Notes: a model not told the origin generated them from the sequence alone. A stretch of 64,000 nt of DNA from Candidatus Zixiibacteriota bacterium (GCA_037441845.1 JBBIRK010000002.1:192001-256000); one strand, 5' to 3'; numbered from the stretch's first letter, positions 38,675 through 50,371 are shown. Numbers and translations are program-made.

Positions 38675-40975
38675 TTAAAATCCTCTGCCTATCTGGAAAT
38701 GAGGCCTTAATTTCCCCTTGTCTTCGCCATCGAATGCAAAGCCGAAATCAAATCCGATCACCCCGATCATCGGAGCCACCACCCGGAAACCGAATCCGGC
38801 CGATTTGTAAAAATGCCGGTAAAAATTATCCTTGAACTCCCTGCCCGATAAATAGGCGTTGCCGGCGTCGGCGAAAAGCAACACGTAAAATTGCTGTTCC
38901 GATATCGGAACGGTCAGCTCCAAATTATAAATCGCTTCGGCCCGGCCCCCAAGATAACCGCCGCTGGGCGAACGCGGCCCGATCCGCGAGTCGGAATAAC
39001 CTCGGATAATTCCGTCGGGATCGGTTCCCCCGGGCGTGAATCTTTCCGAAAAAGGCACGTCGCTGTCGCCGTTGTAAATCCCCTCCATCAAACCCCATTT
39101 TCCTTTCGCTCCCAGCGTGAATTTCCAAAAAGGAGTGTAATAGTATTCGACCAACAACATCTGTTTCCAGTAATTCCAGTTGCCGCCCAGAACCGTCCCC
39201 GCAAGTTCGCCGGTCCAAGCATAAACCTTGCCTTCGGTGGCGAACTGGGCTAAATCCCGCGAATCTCTCTCGATCGTAAGGCTAAGCGACGATGTCCGCT
39301 GCGGCCATTTCAGCTTATTTACGCTGTACGGATTATCGATATTGGCCGTTATATATGCCGAATTGAAATCGAAATACCGAAGCTGCTCCAACCTATAACT
39401 GGCATAGACGCGGAAATAATTATCCGGCCAGCGCAATCGCCGCCCCACCTTCACGCTGCCGCCTTTCCGCGACTCGGTGAACCAGCCGGAATACTCCCTG
39501 TCCTGAAGATAAGCGTTGACTCCCAGCGATGTCGGTGTATCCAGCAGCCAAGGTTCAAAATATCCCACGCTGAATGTCTGGCGGCGCGCACCGAAATCGG
39601 CATCCAGCGAAACCGTCTGCCCGCCGCCCAGAAAATTCGGGATTCCCACTCCCACGGTACCGACCAGATGATCCTGCGCCGAATATCCCGCACCCAGTGA
39701 AAACTGCCCGGTCGGCTTCTCCTCCACCTTTATGATTAGATCGATATTCCCGTCATCGAGCACGTTCCAGTCGGGAACCACGTTGCCGAAAAAATTGAGA
39801 ATCATGACATCGCGCAATGACCGAGTGAGAATCGACCGCTTGAACACCGTTTCCGGCTTGATCTTCAATTCCCGTCGGATAACCTTGTCTTTGGTCTTGG
39901 TGTTTCCCTCGATATTGATCAATTTGACATATACCGGGTTGTTCTCGGTGATCGACAGCTCCAAATCCAGATGGTGGTCGCGAGGCGATTTATTTTCCTT
40001 GATATTGACATACCAGTATCCCTCGTTCTGATACTGCTCATAAATTCCGGCGATCGTCTTATCGTAATCTTCCTGCTTATATACCCGGTTTTCCTTAATC
40101 TTAATCGCCGAGGCCATCTTGTCATCGGATAGAACCGAATTCCCGCTCCAGCTCGTCCGCCCGAAATAATATCTCTCTCCTTCCGAAACGCGGATATTTA
40201 TGAACATCTGCCGGCGGTCGGCCGAATACCAGATCGAATCCCCCAATACCACCGCATCGATATATCCTTCGTTCTTGTAAAATTCGACCAGCTTCTGCCT
40301 GTCCTCCCGGAATTTGTTGCTCTCGAACGAGCCGGAACGAAAAAACGATTTGCGTTTGGTGGAAATTTGGGAACGCAGCTTGTCGTCACTGAAAACTTGA
40401 TTGCCGCTGAAAGTGATATTTTTGATCTTAACTTTGGGCCCCTCGTCGATCCGAAAAGTCAGGATCGCCTTCCTGCCGTCTTTCGGGTCGGGCTCAAACG
40501 ATGATGCCACCTCGGCCAAAAGAAACCCCTTGCTTTCATAAAGCCTACGGATTTTTTCGACATTGGTCTTGATAGCCCCGGGCGAGGCGATCCGATCCTC
40601 GTAAATGGTGAGCTCCTTTTTCAAATTTTTCGTGCTCAGCCGCGAATTCCCTTGGAAATTGACTTTCGACAAACGCGGGTATGGCTCGGCCTCTATCCGC
40701 AGATTCACCCGACTTCCGGATTTCTCCGCCAGAATCGAAACGTCGGCGAAAATTCCGAGCGAGTAGATCCTCCTGACTGCATCCTGAAGCTTATCCGCGG
40801 TCAGGATATCTCCGGGAATGAGGCCGGATGAATTAAGCACGAGGAAACTATCTGCGGCCGCGGTCGGAGATAATTCAACCCGGCCGATCGCCAAGCCCAA
40901 ATAATCAGCGAGCTCCGCTTGCGACCCGGCTGCCAATAAGACAACGCTGATTATGGCCAGAAAAAATTTGACCAT
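38675..40975 (-). CDS. bamA: Outer-membrane protein assembly factor BamA
   Basis: POTRA repeats (GNTKTKDKVIRRE), IRGY, DAGN, C-terminal F; bamA-skp-lpxD order. Confidence 0.93.
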   Translation of the reverse strand: MVKFFLAIISVVLLAAGSQAELADYLGLAIGRVELSPTAAADSFLVLNSSGLIPGDILTADKLQDAVRRIYSLGIFADVSILAEKSGSRVNLRIEAEPYPRLSKVNFQGNSRLSTKNLKKELTIYEDRIASPGAIKTNVEKIRRLYESKGFLLAEVASSFEPDPKDGRKAILTFRIDEGPKVKIKNITFSGNQVFSDDKLRSQISTKRKSFFRSGSFESNKFREDRQKLVEFYKNEGYIDAVVLGDSIWYSADRRQMFINIRVSEGERYYFGRTSWSGNSVLSDDKMASAIKIKENRVYKQEDYDKTIAGIYEQYQNEGYWYVNIKENKSPRDHHLDLELSITENNPVYVKLINIEGNTKTKDKVIRRELKIKPETVFKRSILTRSLRDVMILNFFGNVVPDWNVLDDGNIDLIIKVEEKPTGQFSLGAGYSAQDHLVGTVGVGIPNFLGGGQTVSLDADFGARRQTFSVGYFEPWLLDTPTSLGVNAYLQDREYSGWFTESRKGGSVKVGRRLRWPDNYFRVYASYRLEQLRYFDFNSAYITANIDNPYSVNKLKWPQRTSSLSLTIERDSRDLAQFATEGKVYAWTGELAGTVLGGNWNYWKQMLLVEYYYTPFWKFTLGAKGKWGLMEGIYNGDSDVPFSERFTPGGTDPDGIIRGYSDSRIGPRSPSGGYLGGRAEAIYNLELTVPISEQQFYVLLFADAGNAYLSGREFKDNFYRHFYKSAGFGFRVVAPMIGVIGFDFGFAFDGEDKGKLRPHFQIGRGF

Positions 40976-40978
40976 ACG

Positions 40979-41290
40979 TCAGACGGAAATCGCCAGTATC
41001 TTCAGCTCGGTGAAATCCTGCCGGTGACCCTTGGTCTTGCGGTATTTGCGGCGCCTTTTGAACTTGAACACCGTTATCTTTTCCCCTTTGCCATGGCCGA
41101 TTATTTCAGCGTTGACTTTGGCGCCTTCCACGTACGGCTTGCCCAGCAGGAACCGGTCGCCTCCGCTTATCAGCAACACCCGATCTATATCGATCTTGCT
41201 GCCGGCATCGCCCGCGAGTTTCGGCACCCGCACGATACCACCTTGCTCGACTGGAAATTGGAACCCGCCCGTTTCGATAATCGCTTTCAT
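40979..41290 (-). CDS. rplU: 50S ribosomal protein L21
   Basis: AIIETGG.Q, KI.VFKFKRRRKYRK.KGHRQ.FT. Confidence 0.96.
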   Translation of the reverse strand: MKAIIETGGFQFPVEQGGIVRVPKLAGDAGSKIDIDRVLLISGGDRFLLGKPYVEGAKVNAEIIGHGKGEKITVFKFKRRRKYRKTKGHRQDFTELKILAISV

Positions 41291-41419
41291 TTCAATCTCC
41301 TTACCAAAATCAATTAATAAACTTTCGACCCGCCCTCGGTCAAGTCATTCTTTGCCGCCCGATAACAATTATATACCGCCAACTCTCCTCTTTGTTGCCC
41401 GACGCATGTCCCTTTATCC

Positions 41420-42997
41420 TCAAATCCGATATTTCTGCGTAACATCGACACCCGTCTTGAGATTCACCACCTGAAACTCCTCTTGGTGAATCGTCGTGTC
41501 CCTCACCACGTCGATCATCAAATTCAGACGTTTCTCCATCTTCGACAACCTCGACTCGGCCGTGTTTTCCAGCAGGTCGATCACTTCCGGCGAGGCGATA
41601 AGTTGATAATGCCCTTTGCCGCTGTCGGCGGCCGCCCGCTGGAACCAGCGCTCTATCTTCATGGCTATCGATTCTTTCGAAAGCACTCGGCCGACACCCG
41701 AACAGACCGGGCAGGGTTCCGAGTAGGCGTGCATTATCGATTGCCGGGTCCTCTGACGGGTCATCTCCACCAATCCGAGGTCGGATATGGATGAGATGAA
41801 AGTTTGCGATCGATCGTTTTTCAGCGCGTTTTTGAACTCCTCGAAAACCCGCCGCCGATGCTCCCTATCTTCCATGTCGATAAAATCCACGATTATGATT
41901 CCGCCGATATCCCGCAATCTTATTTGTCGAGCGATTTCCCGGGCCGCCTCCATGTTGGTGCGGAATATGGCGTCGGCCACCCGCGATCTGCCGGTGTATT
42001 TGCCGGTGTTGACGTCGATCGCCACCAGCGCTTCGGTCTGGTCGATCACGATATAGCCGCCGTTTTTCAGCCGCGCCTTGCGATCGAGCATCTTTTCGAT
42101 TTCCGGCTCGATACCGTATTGGTCGAATAGCGGCTTATCCTCGGTATAAAGCTCGATCCGCTCGACCATTTCGGGAGCCAACTCCTTCAGATAACTGATG
42201 AATTTCCGGTATTCGCTTCTATTGTCAATAATCACCCGATCCACGTCGGCGGTCAGAAAATCCCGGATAATGCTGAAAATCATCTCGATATCTTTGTGAA
42301 CCAACGCCGGCGCCCGGGCCTCCTCGACCTGCTTTTTCATTTGGTTCCACAGCTTGGTGAGAAACTTGATATCGGCGGCGAAATCTTTATGATCGCGTCC
42401 TTCGGCCACCGTGCGGATTATCATGCCGAAATTCTCCGGCAGAAATTCGGCGGCGATCTTCCGCAGCCGTTTTTTCTCCTGCCACGAGGTGATTTTTCGC
42501 GAAACCGCCACATGACGGGCGCCCGGAAGCAAAACCACGTATCTTCCCGGAAGCGATATTTCCGAGGTCACTCGAGGGCCTTTGTTGCCGATCGGCTCCT
42601 TGATTACCTGCACCAGAAGCTCTTGATCTTTCTTGAGAACATCCGCTATCGAGGCGTCCCTTCTCAGTTTGGTCCGCGGCACCTCCTGGCCTTCCTCGTC
42701 GAAATAATCGAGATCGGCCAGCAAACTCGATTCGCCTTTATGATCCGACAGATCGGAAAAGTGAAGAAAACCCGCCTTGTCCAGCCCGATATCCACGAAC
42801 GCCGCCTGGATTCCGGGCAGCACGGCGGTAACCTTGCCCTTGTATATGTCTCCCACCAGCCTTTCCTTCTCCGACCGCTCCACCAGCAGTTCGACCAGCT
42901 GGCCGTCCTCTTTGATCGCGATCCGGGTTTCGTACTCGGCGACGTTTACGAATATCTCTTTTTTGCTCTGTATTTCAGAATGTGAATGCATCTCCAA
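41420..42997 (-). CDS. rng: Ribonuclease E/G family (RNase G-sized)
   Basis: S1 domain AAFVDIG, IDVNTG, LRDIGGIIIVDFIDM, CPVCSG. Confidence 0.92.
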   Translation of the reverse strand: MEMHSHSEIQSKKEIFVNVAEYETRIAIKEDGQLVELLVERSEKERLVGDIYKGKVTAVLPGIQAAFVDIGLDKAGFLHFSDLSDHKGESSLLADLDYFDEEGQEVPRTKLRRDASIADVLKKDQELLVQVIKEPIGNKGPRVTSEISLPGRYVVLLPGARHVAVSRKITSWQEKKRLRKIAAEFLPENFGMIIRTVAEGRDHKDFAADIKFLTKLWNQMKKQVEEARAPALVHKDIEMIFSIIRDFLTADVDRVIIDNRSEYRKFISYLKELAPEMVERIELYTEDKPLFDQYGIEPEIEKMLDRKARLKNGGYIVIDQTEALVAIDVNTGKYTGRSRVADAIFRTNMEAAREIARQIRLRDIGGIIIVDFIDMEDREHRRRVFEEFKNALKNDRSQTFISSISDLGLVEMTRQRTRQSIMHAYSEPCPVCSGVGRVLSKESIAMKIERWFQRAAADSGKGHYQLIASPEVIDLLENTAESRLSKMEKRLNLMIDVVRDTTIHQEEFQVVNLKTGVDVTQKYRI

Positions 42998-43907
42998 CCT
43001 TGATTATATGGCCGCGGCAAAATTCCGCGGAGCTCATCGCTCTTTTCCCCTCGGGCTTCAATTTCGTTATCAAGACCGCGCCCTTCCCGCAAGCCACCTG
43101 AATCCCGTTCTTGTCATCTATCGAGGTCACTATTCCGGCTGCGCTCGGTGAACCCTCGTTTCCTATCTTCGCTTCGAGAATTATCAGTCTCATTCCTCGT
43201 AATTCCGTAAAAGCCCCCGGCGCCGGCGACAAACCTCTTATCAAATTGACTACATCGACCGCCGGTTTGCGCCAGTCGATCCGCCCGGTTTCCCGCGTTA
43301 ACTTCGGCGCCGGACAATATCCATCCATACTTTGCGGCCGCGGTGTCAGACGCCCCTCCTCTAAACCCGCGATCGTCTCCAGCAGCACTTCGGCCCCGAC
43401 CTGCGCCATTCTATCGTGAAGCGAACCGAAATTATCGTCTTCTCTTATCTCCAATTCCCTTTGGATGAATATATCCCCGGCATCAACTTCTTTTTTCAGC
43501 CTGAAAGTGGTAAGTCCCGTTTTCTTGTCTCCGTTGATAAGCGCCCAGTTGATCGGCGCCGCTCCCCGATACTTCGGCAACAACGATGCGTGTAGATTTA
43601 TCGAACCCAGTTTGGGCAGATCTATCAGCCACTCCGGCATTATCCGAAACGCCACCACCACGTTCAAATCGGGTTTGATAGCGGCGATCGACCGCCTGAA
43701 ATCGGGATCGCTCAACTTGACCGGCTGAAAAACCGGAATATTCAATTTAATCGCCTCGCTCTTGACCGGAGTCGGCAGAAGTTTTCTGCCTCGGCCGCGG
43801 GGCTTGTCCGGGGCCGTGACCACCGCCGCGATTTCTTGTTTCGTCTCGTATATTTTTTTCAATGATGGTACGGCAAAGTCAGGGGACCCGAAAAAAACCA
43901 ACCTCAT
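42975..43907 (-). CDS. fmt: Methionyl-tRNA formyltransferase
   Basis: FFGSPDFA, INLHASLLPKYRGAAPI. Confidence 0.96.
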   Translation of the reverse strand: MRLVFFGSPDFAVPSLKKIYETKQEIAAVVTAPDKPRGRGRKLLPTPVKSEAIKLNIPVFQPVKLSDPDFRRSIAAIKPDLNVVVAFRIMPEWLIDLPKLGSINLHASLLPKYRGAAPINWALINGDKKTGLTTFRLKKEVDAGDIFIQRELEIREDDNFGSLHDRMAQVGAEVLLETIAGLEEGRLTPRPQSMDGYCPAPKLTRETGRIDWRKPAVDVVNLIRGLSPAPGAFTELRGMRLIILEAKIGNEGSPSAAGIVTSIDDKNGIQVACGKGAVLITKLKPEGKRAMSSAEFCRGHIIKVGDAFTF

Positions 43908-44419
43908 TAAACTCTTTCGCCGCTCTTTATTTTCTGGAGCTTGTCTCTAATCGACCCCAAATCGGAGGATTTCATGCGGTCTATGAACAAGGTGCCGTCG
44001 AGATGGTCGATTTCATGAAGCAGCACTCTGGCCACGAGGTCGGAACCTTCGATTATGATCTCCTTGCCGTTCCGATCCAGTCCCACCACCGCGGCGCTTT
44101 TGGCCCGCGTCACCGGCATAAATAGGCCGGGAAAAGACAAACACCCCTCTTCGGCCGTGGCCTCCCCCGATGATGCAACCACCACCGGATTGATAATGAC
44201 CAGCGGCTGCTTCAGCGTATCGAAATAGCTCATGTCGATTGCGAAAATTCGGTCGGTTCTGCCGACTTGATTGGCCGCCAGCCCCAATCCCTTGGCCTGC
44301 TTCATCGTCAACACCAGCGAATCCAAAAAATCGACCAGCTCACCGTTGATATCGGTCACCGGCGACGCTTTCCGCCGCAATACTTCTTCCCCGTAAATTT
44401 TAATCGGTAATATCGCCAA
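43907..44419 (-). CDS. def: Peptide deformylase
   Basis: GLGLAANQVG, EGCLS, HEIDH. Confidence 0.96.
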   Translation of the reverse strand: MAILPIKIYGEEVLRRKASPVTDINGELVDFLDSLVLTMKQAKGLGLAANQVGRTDRIFAIDMSYFDTLKQPLVIINPVVVASSGEATAEEGCLSFPGLFMPVTRAKSAAVVGLDRNGKEIIIEGSDLVARVLLHEIDHLDGTLFIDRMKSSDLGSIRDKLQKIKSGERV

Positions 44420-44420
44420 A

Positions 44421-44738
44421 TTATTCCTTATCGACTTTTCCGGCTATCGCGCTCTTCAAGAATTCTATCTTCAAATCCTCGCCGAACTTGAGGATAACCT
44501 TGTTATCTTTATCGTCGATTCCCCAAATCGTTCCATACATCCCGCTGCTGGTTATCACCCGATCCCCCTTCTTCAACGATTTCAGCATATTGCTGTGTTC
44601 CTTTTGCCTTTTTTGCTGCGGCCTGATCATGAAAAAATAAATGATGGCGAACATCAGAATCAGCGGCAGAAAAAACGTCAACATCGAACCGCCTGCGTCC
44701 TGATTGGGAGATTGCGCCATCGCCAAAATCCAATGCAC
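44421..44738 (-). CDS. yajC: Preprotein translocase subunit YajC
   Basis: YFFMIRPQQKR, LKKGDRVIT.SG.YG. Confidence 0.95.
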   Translation of the reverse strand: MHWILAMAQSPNQDAGGSMLTFFLPLILMFAIIYFFMIRPQQKRQKEHSNMLKSLKKGDRVITSSGMYGTIWGIDDKDNKVILKFGEDLKIEFLKSAIAGKVDKE

Positions 44739-44777
44739 TCTATCCTCCTTTATTTACACTTCAACATCATCGAATGA

Positions 44778-44807
44778 ATTATAATCCTATTCGATCCTTA
44801 TTAACAA
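44778..44807 (-). promoter_or_regulatory. sigma70-type promoter of yajC-def-fmt-rng
   Basis: TTGTTA-N18-TATAAT. Confidence 0.5.
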
Positions 44808-44919
44808 GAGCAATCTTCTTTACGATATTTTGATCATTAACTACCGGCTGATTCCGCAAGTTCTCGGCTTACCCCCGCATATTACGGTCTTTCGCAAAAG
44901 TGCGCTCGCGCCCGCACCG

Positions 44920-46044
<1,125 letters not shown>

Positions 46045-46614
46045 CTACTTGTTCCAGACCTGCCCGTAATTGCCGTGCATCTTGCTCAAACCCGACCAAT
46101 ACTCGCGGACGTTCGGACAATAGGCGATCGGATTGAGATCAGCCACCTTCAAGCGATTCTCCGAATCGAGATACTCCTGATTTACGTGGGTGGCCACGAT
46201 TTCGGCGATGAACATATGATGCGATCCCAGCTCTATCGCCCTCCGGACCTGACATTCGAGATTTATCGGAGCTTCCTTGATAAGCGGCGATTTCACTTTC
46301 AGCCCTTGAATCGGCGTCAGCCCGGCCTCGGCGAATTTGTCCACTTTCCGCCCGGAATGACTGCCGCAGTAATCGACGGCACGCACAAAATCGGCGCCCG
46401 CCACGTTCAAGACGAATTCGCCGCTTGCCCGGATCATCTCGAAAGAATGGCGGCTCTCCCGGACCGATATCGACAACATAGGCGGCTCAGAACAAACCAC
46501 TCCGCACCAGGCGATCGTTATGATATTGACGCTCCGTCCGAACTCGCCGCAACTGACCAGCACCGCCGGCAACGGAATCAGCAGGGGTGTCGGCGGAAGA
46601 CTTTTCTTACTCAT
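46045..46614 (-). CDS. Flavin reductase-like protein
   Basis: P.PAVLVS, NIITIAW, SGR.VDKF, LEC.V, GSH.MFI.EI. Confidence 0.88.
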   Translation of the reverse strand: MSKKSLPPTPLLIPLPAVLVSCGEFGRSVNIITIAWCGVVCSEPPMLSISVRESRHSFEMIRASGEFVLNVAGADFVRAVDYCGSHSGRKVDKFAEAGLTPIQGLKVKSPLIKEAPINLECQVRRAIELGSHHMFIAEIVATHVNQEYLDSENRLKVADLNPIAYCPNVREYWSGLSKMHGNYGQVWNK

Positions 46615-47575
46615 TATTTTCCTCCTCGGTGCTTTCGCCAAGGTAAATATAGCGATCGATCAACTTGACGTAGGACGACCATCGCTGATCGTCCGGATTT
46701 TTCTTCTTCATCGCTTTGGAAATCCCCCCTACTTGTGAGTCCATCAAATCGGCAAGATATAGAACGTTGGCCTCGAGCGTCTGCGGCACCACCGGCGAGC
46801 CTTGATCCAGCGTCCCCTGATGCGACAATACGAGGTGACGAACGAGCTTCTTTTTCTCCAACGGAAAATCGCTCAATCTCGCCAATTTGCTTGTGATTAT
46901 CCGGTCGGCGATTACGATATGTCCGATAAGACGCCCCTCGTCCGTATAATCGAAATAATTATCCAACGAATAGGTGTCGATCTTGCCGAGATCGTGTAGA
47001 AGCGCCCCGGTGATTAAAAGCTCCTCACGCAATTGCGGATAAATGGAACAAGCCGCCCGACAGATCGCCGCCACGTTCAACGTATGCTCGGCCAATCCCC
47101 CGACATATGAATGATGCCACAACTTGGCCGCCGGCGCGTAGGTGAATTTGGACCTTATCAAACCATCGTTGAATATCTCCCCCAACAGGCTTTTATAATG
47201 AACGTCGCCGATCCCCGAAATGATCGCATCGAGCTGCGCCATCTGCTTCTTGGGCTCGACCGGCCCGGCTGGCAGATAATCGAGCGGATCGTAATCCCTG
47301 CCGGTTACCTGCGTCATGGTTTGAATGGTCACCTGCGGTATTTCTCGAAAAGTCCCCACCGTTCCCTGTATATGCGCTATGCTTCCCGGCCTGAACTTCG
47401 CCGCCAGCTCGCGGACGTTCTCCCAGCAAACCGCCGGGATCCTGCCCGTCTTATCCCCTATCTCGAGACTGAGATAGCGGCCGCCGCTGTAATCTTTCAA
47501 TTCCAGTCGACGAACGACGAAATTATCGTTAACCTCCGTGCCCGGCACCAGATTCTTCGCCCATTGGCTTTTCAT
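46607..47575 (-). CDS. OB-fold + HD domain 3'-5' exoribonuclease (YhaM/Cbf1-like)
   Basis: D.TG.I, APAAK..HH...GGL.EH, LLHDLGK, GH, SH, D..D. Confidence 0.87.
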   Translation of the reverse strand: MKSQWAKNLVPGTEVNDNFVVRRLELKDYSGGRYLSLEIGDKTGRIPAVCWENVRELAAKFRPGSIAHIQGTVGTFREIPQVTIQTMTQVTGRDYDPLDYLPAGPVEPKKQMAQLDAIISGIGDVHYKSLLGEIFNDGLIRSKFTYAPAAKLWHHSYVGGLAEHTLNVAAICRAACSIYPQLREELLITGALLHDLGKIDTYSLDNYFDYTDEGRLIGHIVIADRIITSKLARLSDFPLEKKKLVRHLVLSHQGTLDQGSPVVPQTLEANVLYLADLMDSQVGGISKAMKKKNPDDQRWSSYVKLIDRYIYLGESTEEENNE

Positions 47576-47670
47576 CGCACACTCCGTTCGCAGCGACAAT
47601 CAATGTGTAATAAAATAATGCCGAACCCGCCAAAGTAAAGCATTTCCGTGCGCGGCTCCCGACAAAAGCC

Positions 47671-47700
47671 TTGTTAACTCCAAAGCACGTTTGATATAAT
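47671..47700 (+). promoter_or_regulatory. sigma70 extended -10 promoter of lptFG
   Basis: TTGTTA-N18-TATAAT with TGn extension; ATG 7 nt downstream. Confidence 0.65.
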
Positions 47701-47707
47701 CCCGCTG

Positions 47708-49042
47708 ATGAAAAGAATCTGGTATTACGTGATCCGCGAGCTGTTCTGGCCGTTTCTATTCGGAGTCATGCTCAGCACGTTCGTACTCATCATGGATGCC
47801 ATACTCGACGTGATGAATTTGATCATCACCAAAGGAGTCCCGACGCCGGTGGTGCTCGAGTTCTTCGGCCTGAGTCTGGCTTACATGCTGGCGTTATCGG
47901 TCCCCATGGGAGTCCTCGTGGGCGTGATCATGGGTTTCGGAAGGCTTTCCGCCGATAACGAGGTGATCGCTCTCAACGCCTGCGGCGTATCGCTGGGCAA
48001 GGTCATGGCGCCGGCTCTTGTCATGAGCCTGGTGATCACCGCCGGCTTGACCTGGTTCAACAACTATATACTTCCCGAGGCCAATCACAAGGCAAGGCTG
48101 CTGATGACCGATATCACCAGAAAAAAACCGACCTGGACGCTCGAGGAAAACGTGTTTCTCGATTATTTCGACAATTATCATATACTGGTGAAAAAAATCG
48201 ACCACAAAACCTCCCGCCTTTCCGATATCACCATCTTCGAGCATAAAGACCCCGGTCTGCCGAGAACGATAACCGCCCGAAGCGGCGATATGGAAATCTC
48301 CGCTGACGGCTCCCTGCTGATTATGCAGCTTTACGACGGCCAGATTCACGAACCCGATCCGGACAACCCCTATCGCTACCGTCGTATAGATTTCAAAAAA
48401 CAGCTGCTCACCATCGAGGGAGTATCCTCGGAACTCGAAAGGACCAAGTCCGGATCGCGGGGGGATCGGGAAATGACCGTGCGGATGATGCTCGAGGAAA
48501 ACCGGGAAAGCAAGTTGAAAATCGCCGAATCGAAAACGCGCATCGACCAGTTCATAAGAAACGATTTGAATCGGCTGTTGGGGTCGCCTCCCGCCGAAGA
48601 TCGATCGGGGCGCGATTCCAGACGGCCTCTCCGCTCTCCACAGGGCGAGGAGCTGGTCAGCCGCATCGAATACGAATCCGGAATCATAAACACCTATAAA
48701 AAACAGATCAATTCTATGAATGTGGAAATCCACAAGAAATTCTCGATCCCCGTCGCTTGCATCGTATTCGTCCTGCTGGGCGCTCCGCTCGGAGTGATGA
48801 CCCGCAAAGGCGGCATGGCCGCAAGCCTCGGGTTGTCGCTTTTCTTTTTCATCCTCTATTGGGCGTTTCTCATAGGCGGCGAGGAACTCGCCGATAGAAT
48901 GTATATCTCCGGAGCGGCGGCCATGTGGATGCCTAATTTGATCATAGGCGCCGCAGGATTGATTTTGGCTTTCCATGTCAATCGCCGCGCCTCCGGCGGT
49001 CTCGGCCTGTTCGGCAAACTGTTGCCCGGTTCCGGAAAATGA
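47708..49042 (+). CDS. lptF: LPS export permease LptF
   Basis: GRLSADNE..AL.A.G.SL, EIHKKFSIP.AC..F.LLG.PLG, W.PN. Confidence 0.88.
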   Translation: MKRIWYYVIRELFWPFLFGVMLSTFVLIMDAILDVMNLIITKGVPTPVVLEFFGLSLAYMLALSVPMGVLVGVIMGFGRLSADNEVIALNACGVSLGKVMAPALVMSLVITAGLTWFNNYILPEANHKARLLMTDITRKKPTWTLEENVFLDYFDNYHILVKKIDHKTSRLSDITIFEHKDPGLPRTITARSGDMEISADGSLLIMQLYDGQIHEPDPDNPYRYRRIDFKKQLLTIEGVSSELERTKSGSRGDREMTVRMMLEENRESKLKIAESKTRIDQFIRNDLNRLLGSPPAEDRSGRDSRRPLRSPQGEELVSRIEYESGIINTYKKQINSMNVEIHKKFSIPVACIVFVLLGAPLGVMTRKGGMAASLGLSLFFFILYWAFLIGGEELADRMYISGAAAMWMPNLIIGAAGLILAFHVNRRASGGLGLFGKLLPGSGK

Positions 49043-50118
49043 AAATCACCGATAGATACATTCTCGGCCGCTTTCTCAAAATCCTCGGTTTCGCTCTGCT
49101 GGCGGCGATCGTAGTGGTGATTATCGTCGACACCATCGAAAACGTCGATAAATTCATCGACCGCCGCGTGACGACCGCCAAAGTCGCCTACTATTACGTT
49201 CTTTATCTGCCGTTCATAATCGTCCTCACCATGCCGGTGGCTATCTTGATGGCTGCAATGTTCACCATCGGATCGATCGCCCGCAGCCAGGAACTCACCG
49301 TAATGAAAGCCACCGGGCTGTCGCTTTATCGATTGTCCGCCCCCTTGCTGACCGCCGGATTCGTGATTTCGTTGGTGATGATAGTTTTCGCGGATTCGAT
49401 CATGGTGCCCGCCGAAGACAAACGTAATTCACTCAAGCGCCAATTGATAGATAAAGCCGCACCGGCGGAGGCGGTCGTGCGGAACAACGTTATCAGACCC
49501 GGTGAAAACGGCTGGGTGTTGTTCGCCAAAAGCTACGATGAAAAAAGGCTGAGCGGCAAAGATATCCTGCTGCAGAAATTCACCGACAGCAACATCGACG
49601 TCTCCATCAGGGCGGCCGGCATGTTCTGGGCCGATTCGGTCTGGATATTGATCGACGCCACCGAAAGAACGTTCGAGGGACTGTCGGAAAAGGAATTCCG
49701 CCATTACGATACTCTGCCCGCCGGATTCCTTTCTCATACACCCCAAACATTGAGTTATCGTTTGAAAAAACCCCGCGATACCGGCTTTTTCGAACTGATC
49801 GAACTTATAAGATTGAAAAAGCTGATGGGACAGGATACCGCCAGAGACCGAGTCGAACTCTATCTTAAAATAAGCCACCCTTTCATAAACTTCATTCTGG
49901 TGATCATCGGCATTCCCCTGGCGGCAAACCCGAAACGCTCCGGCGGAGCGGTCGGTTTCGGCATCAGCCTGATAATAAGTTTTCTTTACTTCGTGATCCT
50001 CCGGGCCGGTCAATCTTTCGGCTACACCCATGCGTTGCCGCCGGCCTTGGCCGCCTCCATCGGCAATTTGATATTCCTGGCGGTGGGAATCGTGCTCTTC
50101 GTGAAAGCCCGAAAATGA
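49039..50118 (+). CDS. lptG: LPS export permease LptG
   Basis: DRYI...F, EL..MKA.G.SLYR, K.SHPF; ATGA overlap with lptF. Confidence 0.88.
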   Translation: MKITDRYILGRFLKILGFALLAAIVVVIIVDTIENVDKFIDRRVTTAKVAYYYVLYLPFIIVLTMPVAILMAAMFTIGSIARSQELTVMKATGLSLYRLSAPLLTAGFVISLVMIVFADSIMVPAEDKRNSLKRQLIDKAAPAEAVVRNNVIRPGENGWVLFAKSYDEKRLSGKDILLQKFTDSNIDVSIRAAGMFWADSVWILIDATERTFEGLSEKEFRHYDTLPAGFLSHTPQTLSYRLKKPRDTGFFELIELIRLKKLMGQDTARDRVELYLKISHPFINFILVIIGIPLAANPKRSGGAVGFGISLIISFLYFVILRAGQSFGYTHALPPALAASIGNLIFLAVGIVLFVKARK

Positions 50119-50143
50119 AAATGCCCCGCGATCGGGGGCATTC
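50119..50143. terminator. Hairpin between convergent lptG and csp (probable shared terminator)
   Basis: AATGCCCC-loop-GGGGCATT. Confidence 0.6.
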
Positions 50144-50167
50144 TCGAACTGTTATCGTGGTCTTAAT

Positions 50168-50371
50168 TTACAATTTCCTGACGTCTGTGGCCAACGGCCC
50201 TTTCGGTCCCTCCGTGAATGTATATTCGACCAATTGGCCTTGGGTCAAACTCTTATACCCCTCCTCCCTGATTACGGAATAATGCACGAATACATCCTTC
50301 TCGCCGTTATCCCGCTGAATGAATCCGAACCCCTTTTTGTCATTGAACCATTTTATTACACCTGTGGGCAT
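50168..50371 (-). CDS. Cold-shock protein
   Basis: G.IKWFN..KGFGFI, DVFVHYS; 67 aa, SD GGAGGAGG. Confidence 0.95.
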   Translation of the reverse strand: MPTGVIKWFNDKKGFGFIQRDNGEKDVFVHYSVIREEGYKSLTQGQLVEYTFTEGPKGPLATDVRKL

